Assembly: GCF_006345805.1 (NCBI RefSeq)
Contig: NC_043006.1
Location: forward strand, 88,784,001 to 88,848,000
Length of the DNA: 64,000 bases
DNA from: Octopus sinensis
Taxonomy: Eukaryota
Reading direction: 5' to 3'
The notes below the pieces were generated by a model. It ran no database searches and was not told the DNA's origin. It saw only the letters and a list, made by a program, of their open reading frames with translations. The translations under genes and the position numbers were made by a program. Positions 26,445 through 38,822 of this stretch are shown piece by piece (position 1 is the first letter of the stretch; each line of letters begins with the position of its first letter).

Positions 26445-26677
26445 CCTTCCGACGCCGATGGACGTACGTGAATCAGCTCTGTGAGTTTTGTGCCAATTTT
26501 ATTGGAAATTTTTTAATAAGTTTGAATATTTTTTAATATTTTCGTAGCCAAACCGACCGGCTTCTCGCGGAGCTCGTCGGTTGGGCGAAATTTTGCCCCA
26601 TTCGGGGTGAAATTACGTTTGAAAATTTTGAACATTTGACATTTTTCAACATTTTGAATATTACAACAAAAAAAAAC

Positions 26678-27701
26678 ATGGCTATGAAGCGAACAGTTGG
26701 CTGTTCCTTCCTTCAAGATACACTCCCTCCGCAAACACACACAACTCGTACAAAACACCCACTTCACGCCTTAAAAGGCAACAAAGATTCTCCTTCCGAA
26801 CCGCAGAGCACGAGCTCCGTTCAAAAGGAGAATGCAAGCCAGGACGTCGCGTTCGACGTAATTCTCGATTTTCCCCCTCTGCCTTCACCTAATGCTTTGG
26901 TACGGAAGGAGGAGGAAAAAAAAACAAATACAAAAATCATCACAAACATTGACACGGAGATAAAAGAAAAAACTTCCAACAATTTTGCTTCTGCTGCGAA
27001 GCAAATTTCGGAGGAAGTTAAGATAACTCTAGAAGATGTGAAAAGAGCGAAGGAATTGTTAAGGAAGGATGGCAATGGTATCTTCCTCAATACTCCACAA
27101 GAGGTGATTGAAAGCACCAACAAGCAAACAATAATTTACAAAGTTTTCGACAGAAAACTAAAAAGAATAACAAATGCCACACCCCAACAGTTGGAGATAG
27201 CTCTAAAGCCCATTTGGGCCCAAAAGAGCTACGTAACCAAGGGGAAGCGTTTTGGAACCGTGGAGGTTCGCTTCCCAACAGAGGAGCTTGCAAGGGCGAA
27301 CGCCATTTCGCCCTTGCAAACTGAGAATTTGTTACTAATTCCGACCCACCTCGGGCGAAGAGTAACAAAAATAAAAATCGACCTCGTCCCCCCTGAGCTA
27401 AATATGTCATGGCTGGTGGCAGCTGTCCTCTATGATATAGAGGACACTACCACCATTCTAGATGTCAGGAGAGTGAGGGCGAAAAACTGGTTGGGGATGG
27501 GAGTGCTGCTTCTTGCGCAAATTCAGCAAGAGAATATAAGTAAAATCCCTGATTTCGTAAGTTTGCCGGACGGCACCAGGCTAAACGTTGCTGTGGAGGG
27601 GCGAAAGCCAAAATGTTTTCTCTGCAGCAGCGAAAGCCACTTAAAGAGGGACTGTCCCATTCACAAAAAGAGGATGGAGGCTTTCAGCAAGAGGCAGCAG
27701 C

Positions 27702-27732
<31 letters not shown>

Positions 27733-28557
27733 CAAGCAACAACAACAGAAACAACAAAACAGCAAGAAACACCAAAGGCTGCCACACCACCAACACCATC
27801 ACCAACACCAGCACCAAGACGAACAACACCACCTCCAACAACAACAACCACCACCAAACCAACACCGACAACCACCACCAAACCAACACCGACACCAGTA
27901 CCTCGAAGGTCGACAGCAGCGACATCAACAGTAACAGGAGCAGCGGCACCACCGATACCGGTGGAACCAAAAACTTTTCGTCCTGCTACTGAAGCAGACC
28001 CCTCAACCATTCCTTTGCCGGATGAAGAGATCTCGGATTGTGCGAGCTCTGATTCCAACAAAGGAGAATGGAACATAGTACCTCCAAAAAAGAAAAGGAG
28101 GAAAAAACAAAAAGATTTACAGGGGAAGCACGAACAAACAGTACTTCCCAACATCAACAACAACATCAACAACAACACACACTCACAACAACAAACAACA
28201 ACAACAACAACACTTTCGACACCACTACTGCCACTACCACAGACACAAACAAACACAGACACAATTACAGACACGATTACAGCAGTGAATACAAGAAACC
28301 AGGAACTGGTTGAGTATTTGAAAAACAAAACAAGCACAAACATTACAGATTTCATAATACCTACACACAACACACCACCTGCACACATTCTGACAATAAA
28401 AATAAACAAAACAGTTTACAACGAAATAAAACAAATATTCCCTAACGATGTGGGATCGTTAGGGAAAAGTTTCTCTCAGAAACTTTACAAAAATATTATT
28501 GAAGCACCCGTGCAAAAGCACAAGGGAGCCACCCCCACCACCAACAACAGTAAGTAG
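26678..28557 (+). CDS. LINE ORF1 (RRM-like region + CCHC zinc knuckle), frameshifted within a CAA-rich tract
   Basis: FGTVEVRF, zinc knuckle CFLCSSESHLKRDC. The C-terminal acidic/NLS-like segment DEEISD...PPKKKRRK lies in the overlapping frame 27613-28557. Confidence 0.8.
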
Positions 28558-28598
28558 AGCCTTTTTTTCTCCTTTTTTTTTCCCCTAACTTTTGAAAC

Positions 28599-31500
28599 AT
28601 GGCAAATCTTAGAATCGGTTGCTTGAATGTGAGAGGCCTCGGGTCACCTTGGAAACAGGGTCACCTGTTAAACGACCTGAGGTTTCATGATGTGGATGTA
28701 GCAGCCATCAGTGAAACCAGGCTCTCCCACCCGCAGGAACTCGCAGCCTTTTCGGCGGATACGAGATATTTCTATCTCCGTGTCGGCCGGGAGCGGGCGG
28801 TGGTGGTACTGCGGTGTTGTTTCGGAAGGGCCTAGACCTGAAAATAAGGACAGTCTTCTTGGATCCGGAAGGTAAGTTGGTGGTCCTCGACGTGGACGGT
28901 AGTGACGGCGGTGCTTTCAGACTGCTGGCTGCCTACGCTCCGACAGGAGCAGGGCAGTCGGATTATTTCAAACGTCTGGAAGTTTTCCTGGGAACGTCAC
29001 GCACTCTAGTACTAGTTGGGGATTGGAACGCTGTCTTAGACGAACGTTTCGATCGGGTGGGCAGGGGAGCGTCTGATAGGAGAGGGGGAGGGTGCAAGAG
29101 CCTCGCCAACCTACTCGGCCGCTTTCAGCTGTCCGACAGGTTTCGACTAGACAACCCGAATGTGCCAATGTGGACTTGGACAAACCGCATCGGGTCGTCT
29201 AGATCGTACTTAGATAGAGTGTTTTGTAGGCCAGCGGATAAGGACAGCGTAGGGTGTCCACAATTCCACCTAGTCGAATATACGGACCACAAATTAGTGA
29301 TCTGTACGGTCGACTTAGATAGGTACATAGACAGGGACCCGGCTACTGGAAGCTGAACGCGTCGTTAACGGCGTGCAAAGCTTACAGAGACCGGATTAGT
29401 TTACTAGTTAAGCGGGCGCTCACGGGGGCAATCATCAACAACAACTGGTGGTTTGCCCTCAAGAGAGCAATTAGAGTAGAGTCGATTAGGTATAGTAAGA
29501 CTCTAGCTATTGAATGTAGGAAGAGAGAGCGGGATTTAGTTAAGAAACTAGACGAGGCTCTGACACTGGCATCGCGACCGACGTGTTGGCGGCAAGGTTG
29601 GCCCTCGACCAACACTTCGACGCCAAACACGAAGGCTGCGTTGTCAGAGCTAAGGCACGTTCGCTAAGCGGGGAGGGGACTAGAGCCGCTCGATGGGCCC
29701 GCGTGGCGGCGGAGGCGAAGCGAGGCAAAGAGCAACCATTCGGTCTTTGGTGGACCAGAACGGGCGCGAGGTTACCCAGCCGAAGCAGATGTGTACGGTG
29801 CTTCAGCGGCACTTTGCTCAACTGTTTGGGACGAGCGGTGGAACGGACACCAACGGTACAGACTTCGGTGTGTACCTGGACGGACTGCCGCAACTCTCGG
29901 ACAGCGAGGCAGAGTGCTGCGAAGGACCGATATCTGCCTGGGAAGTACAGGAAGCGATGAAGAGTTGCACGAGAGGTAGATCGCCGGGTTTGGATGGTCT
30001 GCCCTACGAGCTTTACTTTTCAATGCCAGACTTGTTTGCGGACCTGTTGGCAAACGTCTACTGCAACTAGCAGCAAAACGGGAGAATTCCTGCTTTTGTC
30101 TGTCGAGGGGTGGTGGCTTTGCTAAAGAAGGACCCAAACAAGGGGGACGTTATAGGGAATTTCCGGCCCATCACTCTGCTCAATGCAGAGTTGAAGATTT
30201 GGGCCAGGTGCTAGCCAAGAGATTGGCGCTTGTCGTGGACAAGCTGGTCGGCGAGACGCAGACATGCGCCGTGCCGACCAGGTCGATACACGACAACCTC
30301 CATCTCATGCGCTACATCATAGAGAGGGTGGGTAACGACGCTGGCGCGGGTGGGGCTTTGATCAACTTGGATCAGAGTAAAGCCTTCGATAGGGTCGACC
30401 ATCGGTACCTGGCAGCTGTCCTCAGGGCAGCCGGCTTCGGTCCAGTCTTCCGCGGGTGGATCGCTGCTTTATACAGCAACATCTGCTCAGTGATACGGGT
30501 GAACGGTCACCTTTCGGAACCGTTCGACATCTCGCGTTCGGTCCGCCAAGGATGCCCTCTCTCCTCCCTCTTGTACATTTTGACTCTCGAGCCATTACTG
30601 CGCAAGTTGGAGGCTTTGAGGGGTATCCCGCGCGATCTAGGAGGCGGAAACAGCGTGTCTGCTTATGCCGACGACGTCACCGTGGTGGTGTCGAGCCACA
30701 GGCACATTGGCCTGATTGGCGAGACGCTAAACCAGTACGAAGCGGTGACAGGGGCAAAGATTAACGCGGAAAAGTCTGTGGGCTTGCAACTGGGCACCTG
30801 GAGAGGCAAGCCCATGCCGTCCAACAGCGTCGTAGGGCGCTGGACAGACGGACCCGTTAAACTGCTCGGGGTCTGGTTCGGTCCGGACCTCCAGGTGGAT
30901 AAGAACTGGGAAGAGGTGACGAGCAGGGTGGCACGTCTCACCCAGAAATGGGCCGAGAGGAAGCTGTCCCTGAAAGGTCGAGCGGAGGTGGCGAATGCGT
31001 ACATCGCATCCGTCATCTATTACCGCTTGACCGTCGTCCCTTGTCCCGACCGCTGGTTGGCCAAGCTGGTACGTCTGCTCTTCGACTTTTTGTGGAAGGG
31101 TCAGGTGCCACTGGTCAGGCGATCCATCTGCTGTCAACGACCGCTGAACGGAGGCCTTGGAATGCCGTGGTTGCTGTTGCGCAGACATGCGCTCAGGCTG
31201 CGGCATCTCAAGCGCTTCCTAGACGGTGAACAGGTATGGTCGTCTTTTGTCAGACGCGATTTTCCGCAGCTCGTCTCTTTGACGGAGCTGCAGACCTGGA
31301 TCAAACGTAGACCGAGAAAGGGCGCTTGGCACCTCGAGTGCCGTCAAGCCCTCTCCGCCCTCCGCCAGGCGGGCAATGCGGTCGGTTACAGCTCCACTCT
31401 AGCGTTCTATAGAGGGTTAGTGGAGGAAAAATGCGACGACGTTCTCGGGGAAACTCTAGGCGTTGAAGACGACGAACTGAGCGGTCTGTTCGGGAGGACT

Positions 31501-32029
31501 TCGGGCCGGGCCGATGGATAATTTCCAGAGGTCTCTCGCCTGGCAGTGCTACCGAGGGGCTCTGCCTGTTCGAGATAAACTCTACCGGCACGGAAGTGCC
31601 GTCAGCCGGGCCTGCCCGAGGTGTTGCCAGGACGACGAAACCGTTCTGCACGCACTCGTCCAGTGCCCGAGTATTGCTGAAATATGGGTTTATGTCGAAC
31701 AGCTACTGTCACGTGTAGGACGGATCCGACTATCGGCCGAATCCATAGTGAAGATTGCCCCGCCGACCTCCTTTAACAAGGAGGGCGAGGCCGTTTTCTT
31801 GTGCCTTGTGGCTGTGGCGAAAGAAGTCGTGTGGTGGACTCGTTTGAAAGGGCTAAAGTCAGACACTTTCCTCTTTGGTCAAGGCCTCATCAACTTTTAC
31901 AAGTTTCACTTGAAAAAGAAGATGAGGTTAGAGAGGAAAGTGCTGTCCGATAGCAAGTTTTATGAAAGGTGGGTGAATTGTGCGAGACTGGCCTGTATAA
32001 ATGGACCAGTTCTCAGGTTTCGCCTGTGA
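28599..32029 (+). pseudogene. LINE ORF2: APE endonuclease - RT - Cys-rich C-terminus, with about 6 frameshifts and one in-frame TAG
   Basis: APE motifs LNVRGL, ISET, GDWN, LDRVF, TDH; RT motifs SPGLDG, FRPITLLN, DQSKAFDRV, RQGCPLS, AYADD; LSLKGR; C-terminal CPRC...HALVQC. TAG at 30068-30070 replaces an expected Trp. Confidence 0.92.
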
Positions 32030-32306
32030 TTTCAAAGAAAAAGGTAATGTAAAAGGAGAAGAAGGGGACTCTCTACACCCCTTTTTTTGACCAGGCTCCC
32101 GTTGGCTTTTGTAGGGTTTTTTCCACCAGGAACCTTTCGAGACGTCTCCCCCTTTTGGGAGTTTTTCATTGTTTTAATAATCATTGCTTTAAAGTTTTTT
32201 ACACGGATTTTTTAACAAACGGACAAAACCCTTTGTAACCTTTCGTCCTGTCTTGTCCCTTTATGTAATCATGCGTGTCAGCCCTTGTGGCCAATAAAAA
32301 AGAATT

Positions 32307-32325
32307 GATTATTATTATTATTATT

Positions 32326-32328
<3 letters not shown>
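32307..32328. repeat. Right target-site duplication g(att)7
   Basis: Identical to 26423-26444. Confidence 0.85.
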
Positions 32329-32357
<29 letters not shown>

Positions 32358-33929
32358 CGTCGTCGTTGTTTTTGATGATGTTTATTATTCACTTCTTTGG
32401 TAGATGTGATTAAGCAGACTTATTACCAAATACGTGCTATTGGTGACTATCCTGTCCTATCTTTGCTTTCGTACGTGGTATATCAAGGAATGCAATATAC
32501 ATATCTTTGTTTTGTTAAGTCAGAGTAGTAGGATTCGAGGCAGATTGACTGTTATTTCTAGCATGTCAAGTGACCCTACAGACGCGCCCTCGATGATATG
32601 TACAAGGCCTTTTTGTTTGATGTGGTATAATTTCCGTTAATAAACCATGTTCACAGCAGTAAAAAATCATTGTTTATGGCAACGAGCAACCTAGGCAGAC
32701 ATTTACTATTATCAGGCTTTCTCCAAAAGGCATCGCTTCCTGTTGTTCGTTTATTGAAAACCAATGGAAATTGACAGATGTTTTTCTTTTGATGAAAACC
32801 ATAAAGAAATACAAGTGCACATTCTTCACAAGATGTCTGGAACTCTATTATACAGGCATAAAACAGCAACAGCAACAACGGATGACTGCAATTCTTTTTT
32901 AAACCATATACATCATCCTCGTTATTTTCAAACTATGTGATTGATTTTTTGTGTGTTTGCTTTTTACCTATGCTCTTCCAAACAATTTCATTGTTGTATA
33001 ACACATTCTCTGGTTGTTTGCCAAGCAATTTTATAGATTTGTTGCTCATTTGCCAGGATTCTTGGTCTTAGAAAATGGTTACGCTTGAGGTTCACTTAAA
33101 ATTTACCCATTAATAAATTAAGTGAATTAAAAACAAACTGAATCGAATAAAAGTTACGACATATTACTGTTTTATTTCATTCATTTTCTCATTTATCATT
33201 TTTACGGCCTCAGTAATTACGCCTCCATACATTACCTTCCTCCGAAAAAGGACACGAGTCCGAAACGTTAGATGTTTTCACGTTTCACGATAAATCAAAG
33301 TACAAGAGATATCTTTATAATTAATTTCAGCCGAAGTCAACCACCACCACCAGGAACGAAGGTTTCCAGATTTGACTGTATTCATATAGAGTGAATAATG
33401 GTCTGAACTATATAAGGTCTCTGAAACAAATAGCATATATATGGGGCCTAATTTGAGGAAGATTTGGTTACTCAGTAATGTAGGTCGAGAGACCATATAA
33501 AGTTTACGCCAAGTTTATTACCAATATCATAGCCGAATGATCCATTAGATATTTCTGGCAGATATATTTCACACACAGGTGTATAAACTTATACGTAGAT
33601 ACATACATACATACATACATACATACGTACGTAGAGGCATATATATATATATATATATAAAGTTTGTATGTATGTATGTATGTATGTATGTATGTATTAT
33701 GTATGTATGTATGTATGTATGTATGTATGTGTGTGTATACATGCATGCATGCATTTATGTACTTATTTTTTGTTAATTCTTTAGTTTCTATGCAAGGGAG
33801 AGAAATATTGCTGGAATTTATTCTATCGTGTTAAAATGTTAATTAAATGGAAGCCAATGTAATTTTCTTAAATGTTAAATTTTTAACTACATTGATGCTT
33901 GTTGGCAAGAGTTCAGAAAAAAGTTGGAA

Positions 33930-33944
<15 letters not shown>

Positions 33945-33975
<31 letters not shown>

Positions 33976-34025
33976 TGAGAGAAACCGACAGACAGTCAGG
34001 TAGATAGATAGACAGACAGACAAAC

Positions 34026-34097
<72 letters not shown>

Positions 34098-34098
34098 G

Positions 34099-34177
<79 letters not shown>

Positions 34178-34180
34178 ACA
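33945..34180. repeat. Compound (AG)n/(TAGA)n microsatellite
   Basis: Seen directly. Confidence 0.95.
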
Positions 34181-35554
34181 GACAGAGGAAGGCAGGCAGG
34201 CAGAGTGAAAGACAGAGAGATTGGCAGAAAGGCAAATACTCGGTTGAACATACAGGCAAACAGATAGAGAGAATGAAAGAAATATTTGATGAAGTGTTGT
34301 ATGCTTCACAATTCATTTGTGGTATAATAGAGATAACGGAGGAAAAGTAAACTGAAAGGTATGTTTTCTTCTGTGACGTACACAACAACGACAAGCATAT
34401 TTACGTTTGAATTTGCCGGTATGTATTCAGAATAGATATTAAATTCTCGTTTCAGATCTCGCTGCGCTGTGCATAAAAAGCAAATAATGACTTTTTAAAT
34501 ATCTACCTTCTTCTACTGTCTTAGCAGTTTGATCATAATTAATGAGACGCTTACCGGGAACATTTCTATTCCAGCTAATTGATGTATGTATGTTGTTTGT
34601 ATGTGTATGCGTATGTGTATGCGTATGTGTATGTCTGCGTGTGTGTGTGTGCGTGTGCGTGCGTGCGTGCGTGCGTGTCCAACGTGGTATGTCCAAGTTT
34701 TCCGCGACTAAGATTAAGTGCATGTACAGGTCGTACCTCAGGTAAAAAAAAATAGGACAGTTTGGTTTTGCTACTGAAGGATAGTGCGGGATTGTGGAGA
34801 AAACACAGTTTCTCACGGAGGCAGGGTTAGCATTTAAGTACTCCAAGTACACATGTACTCACACACATGTATGTATTCGTATGTATATGTACGTACCTGC
34901 TTATGTATATGTAAGTGTGTGTGTGTGTGTCTGTGTGTGTGTGTGTGTATGTGTGTGTGTGTGTGTACCTATGTATAAATACAAATCAGAGGGGTATGGA
35001 GTAAAGACAGTTTAGAGCATCGGTAGTTAATGTACAACGTTCTTATTTTTATTTGTTTCCGTATTCCATTTATCAAAACTGCTTCTGTTTGAATCAGCCA
35101 CTAATTGTCCAATGCCCCAGACTGGTCATAATAAAGTATAAAATGTCAGCCGACGGGTGGAATATGTTTTGAACTATAAAATCAACTAAACTGATTTTAC
35201 TTTTATTCTGATAAATCGACTTCTATCTAATCTAATATATAGAATGCTTGGAGGTTTGTTGATGAAGGATCATTTAAATTTGTCTATTTGCATGCGGTTG
35301 ACACGCCCAGGAAACGGTATAAATTTATCCTGCATCGCAGAATTATTTTTTAGATTGATTGTGTTTTAAATCAGGATGTTTGAGGAAGTGAATAAACCAT
35401 AATGTTATTACATATTTTGTGTATTGCATAACTTTATATATAGTATGGAATAAACGTTCCTCTTTCTATGCCAACTTTCTGAGGCAGTTACGAAAGGCTA
35501 TCAAGACCGATCCTCCCTGGAAAACTGACGAAAGCTAATTAGTTTCGTGAAGGC

Positions 35555-35882
35555 AATGTTCCAGCACACTGGTCCTCAGTTTCAACGGCTGCCTTGTGTG
35601 ACTGTGGCTTTGAACTGGTTGATAACCATCCCGACTTTCCTGATTTCAGCCTATCTGACTATCATCTCACCCCAACAGGAAAAAAAAAACAGTTTCGAAG
35701 TGATGATGATGACATATCTGCTATTGATGACTTTTTGAGTAACAGGTTGAGAACCTCTACACCACTGGGACCCAAACACTGCAACACAAATGGAAAAGAC
35801 TATGTTGAAAATTAAACCTCATTTGGTCACATTCCATGTGAATATCTTGGTCAGGCTATGAACTTTTCAGATGACCTTCGTA
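35555..35882 (+). mobile_element. Mariner transposon 3' remnant with right TIR + TA
   Basis: Translation CGFELVDNHPDFPDFSLSDYHL...QFRSDDD...GKDYVEN matches the mariner HPPYSPDLAPSDY...GDYVEK C-terminus. Ends aacttttcagatgaccttcg|TA. Confidence 0.8.
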
Positions 35883-36492
35883 ATGTGAAGATTATAATAT
35901 GCTTACTTATCAATCATAGTCAGATCACACTTTAGATTCGCGAAGTGCTCCTTTTTATAATTCATTAATGTGTAACGTACCTTCTGTTAGTTACTGGAAT
36001 ACCACACTAGCGAGATTACTACAAGAAGTGCTGATGAGGTGATCGGTCGGATTGCACTTTTCCCAATTGCTATTATTATTATTAGATAGATAGATAGAGA
36101 GAGAGAGAGAGATTCATACATACATACATAGAGAGAGAGAGGGGGGAGCTAAGTAGCTAGGTATTTTTATATGTATATGAATATATACATATTTATATGC
36201 ATATATATCTGATTACATGTATATTCATATATATATGCATATAGAAATCATTTCTTTTACTGGCTTCAATTCTTAGACTGCAGCTATGCTGACATATCAC
36301 CTTACAGAATGTTAGTCGATCGAATCGATAGGTTACGAGGACATAAACAGTTCAGCACCGGTTGTCAAGCAGTGATGGGGGGGAGAGACAACTACACACG
36401 TACACACTCACTCTCTCTCTCTCTCTCATGCACACACAAACACTCACACGCATACACATTCACAGACTCACTCTCTCACACACACATATATA

Positions 36493-36650
36493 TACGACGG
36501 CTTTTTTACAGTTTCCATCGACCAAAACCACTCACAAGTCTTTGATCGATCCGAGGCTCTAGATGACACTTGTACAAGGTACCACGCTGTGGGAGTGAAC
36601 CTGGAACCTCACAGATATATATATTTTGGTTACGAAAACGTGGGTTCCTG
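36493..36650 (-). mobile_element. tRNA-derived SINE
   Basis: Same family as 23784-23947. Confidence 0.7.
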
Positions 36651-36679
36651 TTGTTCCGATCAACGGAACAGCCTGCTCG

Positions 36680-36963
36680 TGAAATTAACTTGCAATCGGC
36701 AGTTACGTGTACCCTTATCGGGGAGATTCAGCGTGACACAGAGTGTGACAAGTCTGGTCCTTTCAAATACGTGTACAACAGAAACAAGAAGATAGAAAGT
36801 TGTGGTGAAGTGCACAGCAGTTTTCGCCACCACACCCTACTGGATCCTCGTGGAGTTTCGGGTGTTTTCGCTCAATAAACACTCACAACGCCCGGTCTGG
36901 AAATCGAAACCTCGACCTTACGACCGCGTGTCCACTGCCCAAACCACTAGGCCATTGCGCCTC

Positions 36964-36965
<2 letters not shown>
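36680..36965 (-). mobile_element. tRNA-derived SINE
   Basis: Reverse complement starts gtggaggcgcaatggcctagtggt...ggtttcgatttccagacc, with A- and B-box-like motifs. Confidence 0.7.
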
Positions 36966-37001
<36 letters not shown>

Positions 37002-37509
37002 TATAATATATATATCCGTGGATAACTAAAAAAATGTATGATAGATTGCAGTCAATTCATTCTCTCTTACCTGTTTGTCTGCCTTCCAAATGCTGTTTTT
37101 ACTGAGATCTCCCTTTTTAGTAGAAGAAATAGCTATAACCCTTGACTGCTATTTCTAAATTCGGTATGTGGTAAGGCAACTCGTTGCTAAACCCTTATTG
37201 CTTAGTATTACTTAAATTTTCCTCGAATGAGGCTTTTACATGCCGAAGACTACTTGGTGTAATTGATAATTTTTCCAATTAATTAATTTCACCCTTCATT
37301 ATTACGGATAACCATATTTTATCTCAGTAGATGACCACAGCATCTGTTTGGGCTACACGCGGGTGGGAAGGGGCTGTTGACACAATCGTTTCATTCACAA
37401 ATTGAATTCGGTGATACCAGTTGCGGATTCTAGCTCGCTCTGATACTGAGTGGAGTTAGTGCCTTCTGGTATCTCAAAATTCAATATTAATCATTTATGA
37501 TTATAGTAT

Positions 37510-37627
37510 TCTACGCTGAAGCTGAAGAGAAAAGAGTTTCGGTAAGATAGAATTATTTATTATTTAATATTAATATTTAATTCTTATGCTTTCCTTAAAA
37601 CTTGATTTCGAAACGTACGTCCGTGGA
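37510..37627 (+). ncRNA. Type I HHR copy 1 (6-nt ctgaag duplication disrupts the core/stem I junction)
   Basis: tctacg-ctgaag-CTGAAGA...tttc-GAAAC-GTAC-GTC(37621)-cgtgga. Confidence 0.6.
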
Positions 37628-38116
37628 TAACTAAAAAAATGTATGATAGATTGCAGTCAATTCATTCTCTCTTACCTGTTTGTGTCTGCCTTCCAAATGC
37701 TGTTTTTACTGAGATCTCCCTTTTTAGTAGAAGAAATAGCTATAACCCTTTGACTGCTATTTCTAATTCGGTATGTGGTAAGGCAAATCGTTGCTAAACC
37801 CTTATTGCTTAGTATTACTTAAATTTTCCTCGAATGAGGCTTTTACATGCCGAAGACTACTTGGTGTATTGATAATTTTTCCAAATAATTAATTTCACCC
37901 TTCATTATTACGGATAACCATATTTTATCTCAGTAGATGACCACAGCATCTTGTTTTGGCTACACGCGGGTGGGAAGGGGCTGTTGACACAATCGTTTCA
38001 TTCACAAATTGAATCGGTGATACCAGTTGCGGATTCTAGCTCGCTCTGATACTGAGTGGAGTTGGTGCCTTCTGGTATCTCAAAATTCAATATATAATCA
38101 TTTATGATTATAGTAT

Positions 38117-38228
38117 TCTACGCTGAAGAGAAAAGAAGTTTCGGTAAGATAGAATTATTTATTATTTAATATTAATATTAATTCTTATGCTTTCCTTAAA
38201 ACTTGATTTCGAAACGTACGTCCGTGGA
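38117..38228 (+). ncRNA. Type I hammerhead ribozyme, fully canonical copy
   Basis: Stem I UCUACG/CGUGGA; core CUGAAGA 38123-38129; extended stem II GAAA/UUUC + AAGUUU/AAACUU + AU-rich hairpin; GAAA 38211-38214; palindromic stem III ACGUACGU; GUC cleavage after 38222. Confidence 0.88.
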
Positions 38229-38713
38229 TAACTAAAAAAATGTATGATAGATTGCAGTCAATTCATTCTCTCTTACCTGTTGTGTCTGCCTTCCAAATGC
38301 TGTTTTTACTGAGATCTCCCTTTTTAGTAGAAGAAATAGCTATAACCCTTTGACTGCTATTTCTAAATTCGGTTGTGGTAAGGCAACTCGTTGCTAAACC
38401 CTTATTGCTTAGTATTACTTAAATTTTCCTCGAATGAGGCTTTACATCCGAAGACTACTTGGTGTAATTGATAATTTTTCCAAATTAATTAATTCACCCT
38501 TCATTATTACGGATAACCATATTTTATCTCAGTAGATGACCACAGCATCTTGTTTTGGCTACACGCGGGTGGGAAGGGGCTGTTGACACAATCGTTTCAT
38601 TCACAATTGAATTCGGTGATACCAGTTGCGGATTCTAGCTCGCTCTGATACTGAGTGGAGTTGTGCCTTCTGGTATCTCAAAATTCAATATATAATCATT
38701 ATGATTATAGTAT

Positions 38714-38822
38714 TCTACGCTGAAGAGAAAAGTTTCGGTAAGATAGAATTATTATTATTTAATATTAATATTTAATTCTTATGCTTTCCTTAAAACTTGA
38801 TTTCGAAATGTACGTCCGTGGA
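38714..38822 (+). ncRNA. Type I HHR copy 3 (C15.2U variant)
   Basis: tctacg-CTGAAGA...GAAAT-GTAC-GTC(38816)-cgtgga. Confidence 0.7.

Larger units (their letters stand above)
26445..32306 (+). mobile_element. Full-length L1/Tx1-clade LINE (about 5.86 kb)
   Basis: 5'UTR, ORF1, 41-nt pyrimidine-rich spacer, ORF2, 3'UTR ending ccaataaaaaagaatt; flanked by a 22-bp TSD. Confidence 0.92.

Noticed and set aside
32651-32878. 75-aa ORF as a host exon
   Set aside because: Two frames are open, neither is recognisable, and no linked exons were found.
36030-36065. CTGATGA followed by a hairpin
   Set aside because: Lacks GAAA and stems I and III.
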